Of a stretch of 64,000 bases of DNA, positions 40,910-51,105 are shown piece after piece; position 1 is the first letter of the stretch, and each line of letters opens with the position of its first letter. Made by a program: the position numbers and the translations under genes. The stretch lies in IMG/VR virus record IMGVR_UViG_3300037501_000029; one strand, written 5' to 3'. The notes below the pieces were generated by a model. It did no database searches and was not told the origin of the DNA. It saw only the letters and a list, made by a program, of their open reading frames with translations. Source of the DNA: a virus.

Positions 40910-41075
40910 CGCTGGGCTCCTTTTCTTCCTTCGGCTGCTGTTGTCGCTGCGCTTGCCTGGCAAGGTCTTCGAGCATCGTCATCTTGGCGATCTCCAATCC
41001 GCGCTGAATCCCCTCCAGCCGGGCAAGGTAGAACTTCTGCTGATCCGTGAGTTGTACCGCGATAGGATTCGTCAT
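40899..41075 (-). CDS. hypothetical protein, 58 aa
   Basis: Hand-translated: MTNPIAVQLTDQQKFYLARLEGIQRGLEIAKMTMLEDLARQAQRQQQPKEEKEPSDGD. ATGA overlap with the upstream stop. Confidence 0.4.
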   Translation of the reverse strand: MTNPIAVQLTDQQKFYLARLEGIQRGLEIAKMTMLEDLARQAQRQQQPKEEKEPSDGD

Positions 41076-42601
41076 CCGATTGGTCCTGTTGTCGATGAAC
41101 TATATGTATGGCTGTGAGCCGGATCGCCATTAGTACTGGTCTCGCCGCTCACGTTATGCGTATGCGTCGCGGTAGCGAAGTATCCGGACAAAGCCGTGGC
41201 AAGAGCCGCAATCGTGACCGAAACAAGGGTCGAACCATCCCATGAAACCAGCGCATCCGTCGCCCCGCCCGAGAATTGAATATCATCGCTGTTCCCAAGG
41301 TCGATCTTGCCGGCGATCATTGATTGCGTGCCGTCGAGCTTCAGCGGCGTGGATGCCGTGAATCCTGCTCCGTTGAACTGGATCGTTCCATTGGGAATGT
41401 AAAGCCCATCCGCAACAACCGACATGATCTCAACGTCATCGAGCAGGAACTTCATGACCGGGGATGTGGCGACCATCTCCAGATCCATACTTGCGTGGCC
41501 GATTGGTGTCCCCCCGTCATACGCACTCAAGTTAATTCGTGCCGCCTCCCCGCTGATTGCCGATGGCGTTTCGACCGTTCCGCCCGATGCCCGCAATGAC
41601 AACTGCGACGCCCGCCCGTAGTTCAGAACGTCGATAGATGCCTCTTTGCTATACCCGATTAGTTCTATCTCGCCTTCAGAATTGATCTCTACGGTTTTGC
41701 GGCCATCATCTGTGAAAGCCGACATTGTAAGGCGAATCAAATGTGAGGAAGCGCCAAGCCCAGTAATTGTGAAATCACTCCCATCGTCACGGAATACAAA
41801 CTGTGGCCCGGTTGGGTCAAGCGTGATGCTCTTGTCTCCATCACTCAGTGTAATAAGCGCATCCTTGATCTTCAGCGAGCCATCGGCAAAGGCCCTCAGT
41901 TTGTAATCAGGGAAGGTGCCCCCAATCGCCATCGTCTCGAACAATCCGCCGCCGAAGTACCGAGTTGCCGTGGCGGTCCCAGCGAATGCGCCATTGCCTG
42001 CAATGTCCACCCCCTCAAGGTCGGTGATCTCAAACGTATTGGTGGTCGCGGCTTGAACGATGCGATACCCGTTGATTGCCGTATTCCCCGTCGCGCCTTG
42101 AATGTAGACAGTATCGCCATCCTCGTACCCATGCGCCGCAATGGTGACGACAACCGGATCTGCATTGGTCGCGCCAGTGATGGTCTTTGGCGTCTCCACA
42201 TCGCAGCCGAGCCAGCCGACCACGCCGCCGCCAGGATCAAGCAATTGAACATAGCCGTTCTTGCCGATGCTGACAACCCCGCTGGCGTCAACGAAAAATG
42301 GAGCAGTGTCCGGCCCATCGCTTCCAACATAGAGCTGCCCAAACCATCCGCCCCAAAACCCCTCCCGACTGCCAAGCCACGCAATCATGGCTCCAGTGGA
42401 ATCGGTAAACACAAACTCCTCGGTCTGGTCTGGCGCGTTGCGGAGCGCCTTGTCGTGCAAGTCGAGCGCCTGCTGCGTTCGCTCGAAGGCATTGGCCACT
42501 ATCGGATTGTTTGCCAGCCTCAGCGCATCAGCGAACTGCCGTAGCGATGGTACAGCCCGTACTGTCGGAGGAATCAGCGGCTTAACGATGCCTTGGATCA
42601 T
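41072..42601 (-). CDS. tail fibre / receptor-binding-like protein, 509 aa
   Basis: Track ORF 41072-42616 trimmed to MIQGIVKPL... (ATGA overlap). Contains ITGATNADPVVVTIAAHGYEDGDTVYIQGATGNTAINGYRIVQAATTNTFEI, a small beta-barrel module often seen in phage fibres (from memory). Gly/Thr/Ser-rich beta composition. Confidence 0.6.
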   Translation of the reverse strand: MIQGIVKPLIPPTVRAVPSLRQFADALRLANNPIVANAFERTQQALDLHDKALRNAPDQTEEFVFTDSTGAMIAWLGSREGFWGGWFGQLYVGSDGPDTAPFFVDASGVVSIGKNGYVQLLDPGGGVVGWLGCDVETPKTITGATNADPVVVTIAAHGYEDGDTVYIQGATGNTAINGYRIVQAATTNTFEITDLEGVDIAGNGAFAGTATATRYFGGGLFETMAIGGTFPDYKLRAFADGSLKIKDALITLSDGDKSITLDPTGPQFVFRDDGSDFTITGLGASSHLIRLTMSAFTDDGRKTVEINSEGEIELIGYSKEASIDVLNYGRASQLSLRASGGTVETPSAISGEAARINLSAYDGGTPIGHASMDLEMVATSPVMKFLLDDVEIMSVVADGLYIPNGTIQFNGAGFTASTPLKLDGTQSMIAGKIDLGNSDDIQFSGGATDALVSWDGSTLVSVTIAALATALSGYFATATHTHNVSGETSTNGDPAHSHTYSSSTTGPIG

Positions 42602-44508
42602 CGCCGCGTCCCCCAATTCACGTAGTACGCTTTCAACGCGCTTAGCATGAACCAGTTGTCAGCCCCGCTAGACGACATCCTGATCGACTGTGCCTCAGAG
42701 ATCAGTTGCCACCGCCGGAACCACTCTTCGCCCGGCGTCGGGACGAGATCAATTGGCGTCGGGGTAGCCGTCTTTAGCCCACCCATACTCTTCGCCGTGA
42801 GAACAAGCTGCCCCATTCCCTTCACGCGAAAATGCGCCCCGTAGTGCTTGCGGATTTGCCCCGCATTCATCTTCGGTGGCATGAGCGAAGTCTCGTAGAT
42901 TGCCGTTATCCCGAGCGCCCCGGCATCATTGTAGGGGTCGGTATCGTCCCTATCGTTCTTTTCCCGGTAGATGCTGCCCGCTGCGCCATCCGAGAGCCAG
43001 AGCTCATGCTTCTGAGTCGTTGGATTCGTTCCAAGGCACACAGCGCCGAAGGCCCGCGCGTCTTCCCATGAATCCACGCTGAACTTGATCAACTCGGGGG
43101 TGACCCCATCAGTGTAGTCGAACGTGAAAATGTAGTTGGCGGTCGATGCCGAATCCAGCGGCACTTTGATCTGTACCTTTTGACGTGCCGGATGGTCTAC
43201 CACTTCAATCAGTCCGGACTGAGCCCAGTTGATCCGGTTCCACCAGTCCGTCACGAGGTAGGATGCTGGACGGTTGGCATAGGCCCCGCCAGCGAAGTAC
43301 CAGAAGCCCGAGGATGAAGCTATCCAAGCGTAGCCTCGGCTGGTGTTTGCCGCGACTCCACGCGGCGCCGTCGTTCCGATCGCCCCGTCTACTAACTGAG
43401 GGACAGGCCAGAGGACAGGCTTGTCGCCATTGTCCGAAGTGTAGTAGGTCCAATTCGGCCCCAGTAGGTAAAGTCCATTGGGCATCATGAACCCGGTGGT
43501 GAGCTTGCGGAATCCCGGTAGCGTCAGGACGTGCTGATCCTGCGTAAGATGCTGTGGCTTCTCCGGCTCGGAGATGGCGATTTGAGAGATCCCGTTATAT
43601 TCGTGGATGTAGCCGATGCGATTGCCGATTTCCAGGACTACAGTCGGGTTGAAAGGACCGGTTGTTCCGTCCTGAACCCAGAGCCCATCGTTGTCCGTGA
43701 CATCCATGCCGATAGCCTGAAGATCGGCGTCGTTGATATCGACTATCACGTTGACTGTGAAGTCAGAGATCACCGAAGTCGCTGAACTGGGGATCAGATA
43801 GTAGCGGTTATTGTTCGCTGTCGTTGTCATGACAGCATAAATCGTTGAAACTTCTGTCGGCCACAATCCGACCGGAGCCAATTGCAGGTTGAGATTCTTG
43901 CCGCCCGTCGCCGTGACGCTGGTTTTCCCGCTGATCTTGCCGAAGAATCCATTGCGCGTCAATGTGACGAATCCGACGCGCTTCTCTCCTGCCGTGACTA
44001 CCCCACTGCCCGGCTCCGTGACCGTGATGGTGGCGTTCGCTGTCCCGAGGAATGCTGTATCGGTGTTCACGGCCGCGCCAAAGATCCCGATGATGCGGCA
44101 CTGTCCGGCGCTTGTTCCGTCGGATTTCAGCGGAGCGCAGTAGACGCGCGTTGCGCCGCTTGCCCATGTTGCAGACGCCATGTTGGCCAGCGTGAAAAGG
44201 GAGTACGGGGTTTTGGTACTCCAGTTGTAAATCATGCTGACGTTGCCGTTGCTTGTGTTGACGTAGAACAAGTAGTTCCCGCTGGAGTTCACCATATCGG
44301 GCGTCGTGATCCAGTTGAACAGAGATCCTACTGGTACACCGAGGCTCAGCAGTTCGGCGAATCCGAACCGCGTCTTGACCGCACCCGGCAGGTACTCGAC
44401 ATTCTGCGCGTACCGGGCTCCTTCCACGGGCACATCGGACTCCTCTAGGTATGTCCACGGGCCGCGGAAGTTGGTGATTTCGGTGTAGAGATAGTCTCGT
44501 AAACTCAT
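42598..44508 (-). CDS. tail structural protein, 636 aa
   Basis: Track ORF inside the tail gene block. Beta-rich. No specific family recognised. Confidence 0.55.
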   Translation of the reverse strand: MSLRDYLYTEITNFRGPWTYLEESDVPVEGARYAQNVEYLPGAVKTRFGFAELLSLGVPVGSLFNWITTPDMVNSSGNYLFYVNTSNGNVSMIYNWSTKTPYSLFTLANMASATWASGATRVYCAPLKSDGTSAGQCRIIGIFGAAVNTDTAFLGTANATITVTEPGSGVVTAGEKRVGFVTLTRNGFFGKISGKTSVTATGGKNLNLQLAPVGLWPTEVSTIYAVMTTTANNNRYYLIPSSATSVISDFTVNVIVDINDADLQAIGMDVTDNDGLWVQDGTTGPFNPTVVLEIGNRIGYIHEYNGISQIAISEPEKPQHLTQDQHVLTLPGFRKLTTGFMMPNGLYLLGPNWTYYTSDNGDKPVLWPVPQLVDGAIGTTAPRGVAANTSRGYAWIASSSGFWYFAGGAYANRPASYLVTDWWNRINWAQSGLIEVVDHPARQKVQIKVPLDSASTANYIFTFDYTDGVTPELIKFSVDSWEDARAFGAVCLGTNPTTQKHELWLSDGAAGSIYREKNDRDDTDPYNDAGALGITAIYETSLMPPKMNAGQIRKHYGAHFRVKGMGQLVLTAKSMGGLKTATPTPIDLVPTPGEEWFRRWQLISEAQSIRMSSSGADNWFMLSALKAYYVNWGTRR

Positions 44509-44517
44509 GCGTCGTCG

Positions 44518-47298
44518 CTAGAAGCGAAACTTTCTTCGGGTTAACCAGTACTGCCGTGTTTGGGGCTTTAGCCCACTGCCAAGAATAGGAATGACTGGGG
44601 TAAAAGTAAGCAACTGCGAAAGCAGCGATGTCCCCGTAACCAGCACGGCTCGCGCAATAGAGATAGTCCTCTGCACAGCAGTTGAACACGTCGCTGCAGT
44701 AACCCTAATAAGCCGCACATCACGGATGATTGATCCCGTTGATGCAACAACAGCAGCAATCAACTCAAGCAAGTAAACCTTGATTGTCTGAAGTGATGGC
44801 GTTGCATTAACAAAAACAGAATGCAGCAGGTTCAACGCCCTGATGTATGACGCTGAGGCGGTGGAAGTCGCCTGACGCACGAGCCAGAAGTCTCTAGCAA
44901 GTGAGGCAGTCGCGGTAACTGATGCGGTCAACATCTTCTCGATGAGCCCCATCACCTTACTGAGCGAGGCCGAACCGGTTACTGTTACCGTATGCAACAG
45001 ATCTATGCCACGAGTCACTGACGCTGTGACCGTAGATGCCGCGCTCCTCATGACAGAGACACTGCGGGATAGCGCCGCTGATGCAGCGGCATCTACGCTG
45101 CGGCTCAGGACCACGATACGCGAGAAACTGGCGGCGGCGGCCGCATCCACTGCCCGGACTATCCCGATGCTGCGGGTTGCGGTTGCCGACACTGAAGCCG
45201 CTGCTATCAACTGCTTGAGAAAGAAAACTGAAGATGCAAGCGAGGCGCCGCCGGTGGATGTTGCATCGCGGGAGAGTGAGACGAGGCGTACGAACGCAGC
45301 CGAGATTGTCGCCGCCGCTGACTGAATCATGCTCATCACCCTAACCGCAGAAGCCGCGCCAGTGGTGCTCACTGTCGAGACGCGCTCGATGTATCGGATG
45401 AAGGATGCAGTGGCCGTCGATGCCGCAGTAAGGATTCGCGCGAATGACAGCGATGCGCTGAGGGCGGCGGTTGCGGTTGAAGCAACCGAGCGAATCAGGG
45501 AGGCCGACCGTGAAATGGCCGGTGTCCCGGTGGAGTTTGCCGTGCGGGACATCGAAGTCAGCCGCACGAAGCCAGCCGTAGCGGTGGACGATGTAAGACG
45601 AATCAGACCGATGGATCGGGCATAGGTGGCTGTGCCTGTTGAAGACGCAGTAAGGGTCTGTGCGTTGCCAGCCGCCACCGTTATCGTGAATGTTGGTGAA
45701 GCGACAATGGCCGAACCGCCAGAGAGCGCAGAGGCAGGGACGGTGGCGGTGATTGTCTCATTGGCGCTGATGTTGTAGGACGCAAAGGCGCTGAGGGTGA
45801 TTGTGCAGACTGTGTCTGAGGTGCGGACAACGCCGCTGACGCCCTGGCCCGCTTTGACCACTGCATCCCACCCGGTCGCTTCGGACTGGGCGGAATCGAG
45901 GCCGTTGATGATGGCTTGGCGGGCAGAGTCGAAGGGGGTCGAGCGCAGCAGCTCGACTTGGACGGCGACCCATGGGTCGGTAGTTTGAGTAGTTGCGGAG
46001 AACGAGCCAGTGTTGGTGCCGCTGGACGCAATGGACTTGTCGGCCATCGAAACCTGGGAGTCGTTGCCCTGCGCCGTGCCGCCGTCAAGCCGTTCGTTGA
46101 CGCCAGTGGATGACCCGCCGAAGGTTTGACTGGAAGCGTTTTCGTTGTCGCCGCGTCCGCAGCACCCGCACACGATGGAGTTGGCTTCAGTGGTGGTGAT
46201 TGCGGCGGCGGTCATCGGCGTGCCAGTGCCGTTCGAGGCAGTGCCGATTGCGCCGATCCCGCGCACGCCGCTATAGATCACCATTTGGGCCACGTGGCTC
46301 ATGTTGGTGGTGGAGCCGCTGATGGTGGTGACTGGCGCGGATTCGCCGCCTGTGAGGACTTTGTAGAAGAGCTGGAGTTTTTCCGTGCCGCCGCCGAATG
46401 GCGAGCCGGAGACTTGACTCCAGCCGGAGGGGGTGGATCCTGTGCCCTGGTCGGAGTAGAGGAGCATCAAGGCGAAGTGGCCTGCGGTGGGGGTGTAGGA
46501 GGAGGGCCACGAGCAGGTCAAATCGCCATTGCTGGTGCGGCCGCCGCCGCCACCCGCTGAGTCGGCTGCGGTTGTGCCTTTGGTGTTAGCGGCAACGTAG
46601 GCGGGAGTGCCGTATTCGACAACGTATGTGTCGCCAGTGAGGGTGAGGATGATGGTCTTGCCGCCGCTGACAATGTCAGATTCGGTGGCGGAAGTGATGG
46701 TTCCGGAAAGGGCGGCAGAGGCAGGAACAGTGTAAGTGATTGTCAGCTTTTCGAGGTTTGTAGTTCCTTCGTAAGGCTGAAATCCGTTTTCGGTGTTATC
46801 GGCGATAGCATCGTCTGATTGGATGTGGAAGAGGATGTGTGCTCCACTTGCCAATCCGCCATAAGTATCAACGAGATGTTGAATTAATCCAGTGACGTTT
46901 ATTGATGCCCAATTGCCGGTTGCAGGCCACGTAGCAAGAGTGGCTGCGCCTGATCCTTCTTGGGTGGTGGGATAAGTGGTAGTTGACCCACCCATGAATG
47001 CTGGCCGTTCAGCATAGGTGGTGATTTGGGGAGCATCTGCTGATTCGGTGACGTAAACGTATGTGGTGATGGATGGAGCCCCAGAATCCTCTACGTAGAG
47101 CTCAAGACTTGCAGAAGTAATTGTGGCATCAGATGGGATTGCATCCCCTAATGTAAATCGTACTCCGCAAAGTTCAAGGAATCCATCCCACTTTCCAAAC
47201 CATAGAGTTCCATAAGATCCAGTGACAATGGAGTCTACGGCGTCGATTTGGAAATCATCAGCGGCGGCTGCGGGAGTATAGGGACCGATGGTTGGCAC
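44518..47298 (-). CDS. large tail/virion protein (926 aa) with a C-terminal 18-aa tandem-repeat array
   Basis: Track ORF. N-terminal lectin/jelly-roll-like region (ATITSASLELYV...). C-terminal about 350 aa consist of about 19 degenerate 18-aa repeats. Confidence 0.6.
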   Translation of the reverse strand: MPTIGPYTPAAAADDFQIDAVDSIVTGSYGTLWFGKWDGFLELCGVRFTLGDAIPSDATITSASLELYVEDSGAPSITTYVYVTESADAPQITTYAERPAFMGGSTTTYPTTQEGSGAATLATWPATGNWASINVTGLIQHLVDTYGGLASGAHILFHIQSDDAIADNTENGFQPYEGTTNLEKLTITYTVPASAALSGTITSATESDIVSGGKTIILTLTGDTYVVEYGTPAYVAANTKGTTAADSAGGGGGRTSNGDLTCSWPSSYTPTAGHFALMLLYSDQGTGSTPSGWSQVSGSPFGGGTEKLQLFYKVLTGGESAPVTTISGSTTNMSHVAQMVIYSGVRGIGAIGTASNGTGTPMTAAAITTTEANSIVCGCCGRGDNENASSQTFGGSSTGVNERLDGGTAQGNDSQVSMADKSIASSGTNTGSFSATTQTTDPWVAVQVELLRSTPFDSARQAIINGLDSAQSEATGWDAVVKAGQGVSGVVRTSDTVCTITLSAFASYNISANETITATVPASALSGGSAIVASPTFTITVAAGNAQTLTASSTGTATYARSIGLIRLTSSTATAGFVRLTSMSRTANSTGTPAISRSASLIRSVASTATAALSASLSFARILTAASTATASFIRYIERVSTVSTTGAASAVRVMSMIQSAAATISAAFVRLVSLSRDATSTGGASLASSVFFLKQLIAAASVSATATRSIGIVRAVDAAAAASFSRIVVLSRSVDAAASAALSRSVSVMRSAASTVTASVTRGIDLLHTVTVTGSASLSKVMGLIEKMLTASVTATASLARDFWLVRQATSTASASYIRALNLLHSVFVNATPSLQTIKVYLLELIAAVVASTGSIIRDVRLIRVTAATCSTAVQRTISIARAVLVTGTSLLSQLLTFTPVIPILGSGLKPQTRQYWLTRRKFRF
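44600..45657 (-). repeat. coding tandem-repeat array: about 19 degenerate copies of a 54-nt (18-aa) unit
   Basis: Units such as LTSSTATAGFVRLTSMSR / TANSTGTPAISRSASLIR / SVASTATAALSASLSFAR / AVDAAAAASFSRIVVLSR / SVDAAASAALSRSVSVMR. Consensus is roughly xxxSTxTAxxxRxxxLxR. Occasional 20-21-aa variants. Confidence 0.7.
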
Positions 47299-47372
47299 TA
47301 TTTATATACCAAGTGCTGTGGCGAAACTGGTCATGTTGCGGTTCATAGTGGCCCAGTTGGTGCCACTGGTGG

Positions 47373-47744
47373 TCAGGCAAATGTTACTTTCATCGTGAAC
47401 TGAATTGATTCGCCCACGTTTAACGCCACGCCCGTAAAATCGCCCTTCATAAAGAGATTGCCAGATGTCAAAGCGTCGAACACCCCAGCATTGGTGATTG
47501 TCTTGCCAGAACCAGCGCAAGTGATCGTGCCGACCACCTGGTAGGTGTCGTTGGTTGTGGTCGTGGTCTGCTGCGTCACCGTGCCGGACGTGCGGGCTTC
47601 TGACGCCTCTGTAAACAGCGTCGTGTCAGATGGCGCCGAGGTTCCGGCGCCGGTCCCCCATGCAATGTATTGTGGGACCGTGCCTCCGCTGTTGAGCCGG
47701 TTGGTCACAATCGCCTTGCCGGCGTTAGTGAATACGGTTGCCAT
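47373..47744 (-). CDS. virion structural protein (putative), 123 aa
   Basis: Track ORF. MATVFTNAGKAIVTNRLNSGGTVPQYIAWGTGAGTSAPSDTTL... is a pattern I recall from small phage structural proteins. Position is within the tail block. Confidence 0.5.
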   Translation of the reverse strand: MATVFTNAGKAIVTNRLNSGGTVPQYIAWGTGAGTSAPSDTTLFTEASEARTSGTVTQQTTTTTNDTYQVVGTITCAGSGKTITNAGVFDALTSGNLFMKGDFTGVALNVGESIQFTMKVTFA

Positions 47745-47889
47745 GCAAATGCTCCTTGATTTTGCGCCAGAGGCGCATCAGTGGGTTTCGGTGCCAGTAG
47801 GCGATACAGCCAAGGTCAACCCGCCGGCCATCGGCGAGGATCTTGACCGCGTGGATTTCAGCGGATTTTGCTGGAACGCTCAGTTTCAT
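47725..47889 (-). CDS. hypothetical protein, 54 aa
   Basis: Track ORF 47725-47913 trimmed to MKLSVPAKSAEIHAVKILADG.... Confidence 0.35.
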   Translation of the reverse strand: MKLSVPAKSAEIHAVKILADGRRVDLGCIAYWHRNPLMRLWRKIKEHLHGNRIH

Positions 47890-47896
47890 GGTGAAA

Positions 47897-48256
47897 TCAC
47901 AGCAATGAAGCATTGAGAACAGTGGCCGTCGCCGTAATAGTGAAGGTCACAGTGCCACTTACTTCAGTCGTGGAGTTGCTGAACAGCCGAAGCGTCCCGA
48001 GGTTTGCCCACGTTGGCTGTGCTGCTGGAACCCAGTTGATGATGTAGGCTGCGCTTGCCGCGCCCACGTTAAACGTGATGGCCCGGAAAGAGGCCGGGGT
48101 GACCGACGTGAAGCGGTCGGCCACCCCGGTAAGGTTCAGGTTTCCGCCTGTGTAAGGGGAGGAGGAGAGAGTAATAGTGAAACACGCTGTTCCCGCGTGC
48201 CCCATGAACGGGGCAACGTAGGCGGTCAGCGTGATTGTCCCGGCGAAGTCAGCCAT
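47897..48256 (-). CDS. virion structural protein (putative), 119 aa
   Basis: Track ORF. Beta-rich Thr/Ala/Ser composition. Confidence 0.5.
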   Translation of the reverse strand: MADFAGTITLTAYVAPFMGHAGTACFTITLSSSPYTGGNLNLTGVADRFTSVTPASFRAITFNVGAASAAYIINWVPAAQPTWANLGTLRLFSNSTTEVSGTVTFTITATATVLNASLL

Positions 48257-48262
48257 GGTCCA

Positions 48263-49144
48263 TCAGAGAACCGCGAATGCAAACTTAATCGTTCCGTTCA
48301 GGGCTTGGCTCGCGTGCCGATTCCGAATGATGACGACGAAACTGCCCGAACCGGGCGTGATGCGTTCGAGGCACAGTTCGCCCTGCGTGTTTGTGCCATT
48401 CATTACGGCACCCAGCACAATGTCGGTCGCTGCAACTTTGGTGTTGGTGACTGTCAGGGTGTAAATCGCCCCGGCAGCCGTCGTGAGGGATTCGGACGTG
48501 ATGGTGCCGCGCTGGGCGCTCAATGTTGCGGCTCCAGCCGTGGCCGTAGCAGTGCCGGTCGTGCCGAGCGCCACCATGCCCGTGCCCTTAGCTGTTAGCT
48601 GCAGGTCGATGTTGGTGTCGCCACCTGTAGCCGACACGCTCGGCGCATTGCCGGTTGCTGCGTTGGTCACGGTGACTTCGTTCACGGCTGATGCCGTTGC
48701 AGCACCAGCCACAATCACCTCGTTCCCGTTGCCATCCAGGATCTTTACGCCGCCAGTGCCCTTGGCCATGATTTCGAAGTCGATGTTCGCGTCCGTGCCA
48801 GTAGCGCTCAGGCGCGGGTCAACGCCAGTGGCAGCGTTCGCCACGGTCAGCCCATTGACAGCGGTTCCGGCGTTCGCCGTGATCGTGATTGCAGCATCGC
48901 CATCCGCGTCGTTGATGACGGTCATATTGCCCGTGAAAGCAACTGGCGTCCCGATGACAACGTCATTGTCGGCATTCACGTAGATGCCATCGACGTAGCC
49001 CGTGCCGGCGGCATTGAGCCAGCGAATCTTTCGCATGTTCGGGAGCGCATCCTCAAACTGCGAAGCGCCGCCCGGCAGAGGATTTCCCGGAAGCCCCGAG
49101 AACCACTGCAGAATCACGGCGTCTTTGTTGAATGTCTTACCCAT
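48263..49144 (-). CDS. fibre/decoration-like protein with repeated NAATG...SATG-D-NID modules, 293 aa
   Basis: Two copies of AVNxxTVxNAATGxxPxxSATGxDxNIDxxxxAKGTGxV (aa about 95-130 and 150-190). Confidence 0.55.
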   Translation of the reverse strand: MGKTFNKDAVILQWFSGLPGNPLPGGASQFEDALPNMRKIRWLNAAGTGYVDGIYVNADNDVVIGTPVAFTGNMTVINDADGDAAITITANAGTAVNGLTVANAATGVDPRLSATGTDANIDFEIMAKGTGGVKILDGNGNEVIVAGAATASAVNEVTVTNAATGNAPSVSATGGDTNIDLQLTAKGTGMVALGTTGTATATAGAATLSAQRGTITSESLTTAAGAIYTLTVTNTKVAATDIVLGAVMNGTNTQGELCLERITPGSGSFVVIIRNRHASQALNGTIKFAFAVL

Positions 49145-49196
49145 CTTGCTTGTCTCCTTGAGATGTTCTCAACTCCCCTTCACGGGGACGAAACGA

Positions 49197-49880
49197 TTAG
49201 CCAATCAGTGCCCGGTCGGCATTCCGCCTGTACCGGAAGGGTTCCGCACGCGATGCGCGGTTCTGTTCCTCTAAAATCATCGGCCCGATCAGGCCACGCA
49301 ATGCCCCGCCTGTGCCATCAGGTTGTCCGGAGTGGCCGAACAGATCAAGGCTCAGTTCCCGAGCCCGCGATGGCATATCGTTGGATTGCGCCGCGATGTA
49401 GGCTGTCCACATTGCGAGGACATCCCGCGCGTTGTCGGTCGTGATCGTTCCTGCAGCCGGCGCCGCTCCGGAAGACCAGTACTCGATCTTGAGCTCGCGG
49501 TCTTGTGTGGCGGCGATGAAGTAGAAAGTCTCGTTCTCGCGCTTCCAGACGCGCAGCCGATCAGATGATTCCCATTGCGGGAGCGGGTCGGATGGCGCGA
49601 TGAAGGCATAGAGCGTTTCACCGACGCCACGCTCCCACAGAGCATCGGGTTCCCCCATGTCCGTGAGACCGAATGTCGATGAAGCTGTGTTGGCTGGAAG
49701 CGTATAGGTCACGGTCCTGTGGACGGGCGGCAGGTTATGCAGAATCATGCAGTCGTACAGACCGCGGAACGCTTTACCAAAGGCACGCGCGAGTTTCCCG
49801 GCGTTGTAGACTTCCCCCTCGGGGTCGCCCAAGTAATCGGCCGCGTCTTCCATCACGTCCTGCACGGTGCATGTCGCCAT
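49197..49880 (-). CDS. head-tail connector/adaptor-position protein, 227 aa
   Basis: Track ORF. The role is guessed only from its position downstream of the capsid genes. Confidence 0.45.
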   Translation of the reverse strand: MATCTVQDVMEDAADYLGDPEGEVYNAGKLARAFGKAFRGLYDCMILHNLPPVHRTVTYTLPANTASSTFGLTDMGEPDALWERGVGETLYAFIAPSDPLPQWESSDRLRVWKRENETFYFIAATQDRELKIEYWSSGAAPAAGTITTDNARDVLAMWTAYIAAQSNDMPSRARELSLDLFGHSGQPDGTGGALRGLIGPMILEEQNRASRAEPFRYRRNADRALIG

Positions 49881-49884
49881 GACG

Positions 49885-50559
49885 TTAGCTCCTGGTGCCT
49901 GCCGGTTCCTTTAGCGTGGCCGGCTGCAACGGAGGCGGCGGGCTCGCCTTGAACTTCTTCTCCATTTCATCTTGAAGTTCCATGAGTTGCTGATAGCGGT
50001 TGAAGTTCGTGATCTTGCCGCAATAGGAACATAGCACGGCCTCCTCGTCTACCAACTTCCCGCACCACTGGCACTTCACCTGAATCGCATGATCCTGTGG
50101 CAAGCACCATGGATCGTTTGGCGTGCCAAGGTACTGTGACGCCAGCACAAACGATGGGCTTGTCGCCTGATCCCGCTTGTCCTCAGCCCAGAGTTTCATG
50201 GCTTTGTTTCGCATCGCCGTGCAGTAAGCGACGTGCTGTTTGACTGCCAAAGCCTTCTCTTCGGGGGTTGGCTGATCGCCCTTGAGGACAATGACGCCGC
50301 AGGCGCCTTCCGCGGTGTCGCCACTCCACTCGTGAACCAAGTCATCGGCCAGGTGTTCGCCGTAGACTGGGATGGAAGAGTAGTTGCCCTCGCTGACGTG
50401 GTAGCGGTCCCACGCATCGCCGACTTCCAGCAGGGCGTATTCACCCTTCGGGACGGCCGGGATTTCATAGGTTGTCTTGAACGCAGTCACGCCTGTTTTC
50501 GAGTAGTCGCGGACTGCACTGAGCGGCCAGTTGCAGACCGAGAGAATTGTTCTCTTCAT
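49885..50559 (-). CDS. hypothetical structural-module protein with C-terminal zinc ribbon, 224 aa
   Basis: Track ORF. CQWCGKLVDEEAVLCSYCGK near the C-terminus. Confidence 0.5.
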   Translation of the reverse strand: MKRTILSVCNWPLSAVRDYSKTGVTAFKTTYEIPAVPKGEYALLEVGDAWDRYHVSEGNYSSIPVYGEHLADDLVHEWSGDTAEGACGVIVLKGDQPTPEEKALAVKQHVAYCTAMRNKAMKLWAEDKRDQATSPSFVLASQYLGTPNDPWCLPQDHAIQVKCQWCGKLVDEEAVLCSYCGKITNFNRYQQLMELQDEMEKKFKASPPPPLQPATLKEPAGTRS

Positions 50560-50562
50560 CGG

Positions 50563-51102
50563 TTATATGCCTCCAAACGAAACATGGTCTTTCTTGCCCG
50601 GCGCATGTTTGAACGCCGGGAAACATGCACTGATGATGTCCTGTGCCTTGCGTTTGCCTTCCATATGTACGCGGTCGCGTCCCGCTGAGATTGCCTCTCT
50701 GCGCTGAGATTCGACCAGTCTGCGCCGCGCCTTTTCCTTGCCGATCACATTGTCCGTGACCGCCTCGGTTGGAACGGCCCCGCGCACCAAGACGATGTCG
50801 GTGACCACATACCGCCCGTTGCGGGGATAGGGCATCGAACCGCCAAACATCGCACGGTACTGCTCAAGCGTGTGCTGCGGCGGCATCCACGTCGCCAGAA
50901 CCCACCTGGGGGCGGCGGCGCAGGGGTTATTCCCATCGCCCGTGCTTGTTTCGCTCAGTTGAGGAAAGTCAACCCATGTGCCATCCGTATCCCGTTGCCG
51001 GATAGTCAGGTCCTTTGCGTGAATCCATTTGAACTTTGGATCGCCTGATGGCGCATTGCCCAAGGCGTCACGCAATTTCTGGTTGAGGTAGGCGATGTCC
51101 AT
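50563..51102 (-). CDS. hypothetical structural-module protein, 179 aa
   Basis: Track ORF, first gene after the capsid terminator. Confidence 0.5.
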   Translation of the reverse strand: MDIAYLNQKLRDALGNAPSGDPKFKWIHAKDLTIRQRDTDGTWVDFPQLSETSTGDGNNPCAAAPRWVLATWMPPQHTLEQYRAMFGGSMPYPRNGRYVVTDIVLVRGAVPTEAVTDNVIGKEKARRRLVESQRREAISAGRDRVHMEGKRKAQDIISACFPAFKHAPGKKDHVSFGGI

Positions 51103-51105
51103 GAT

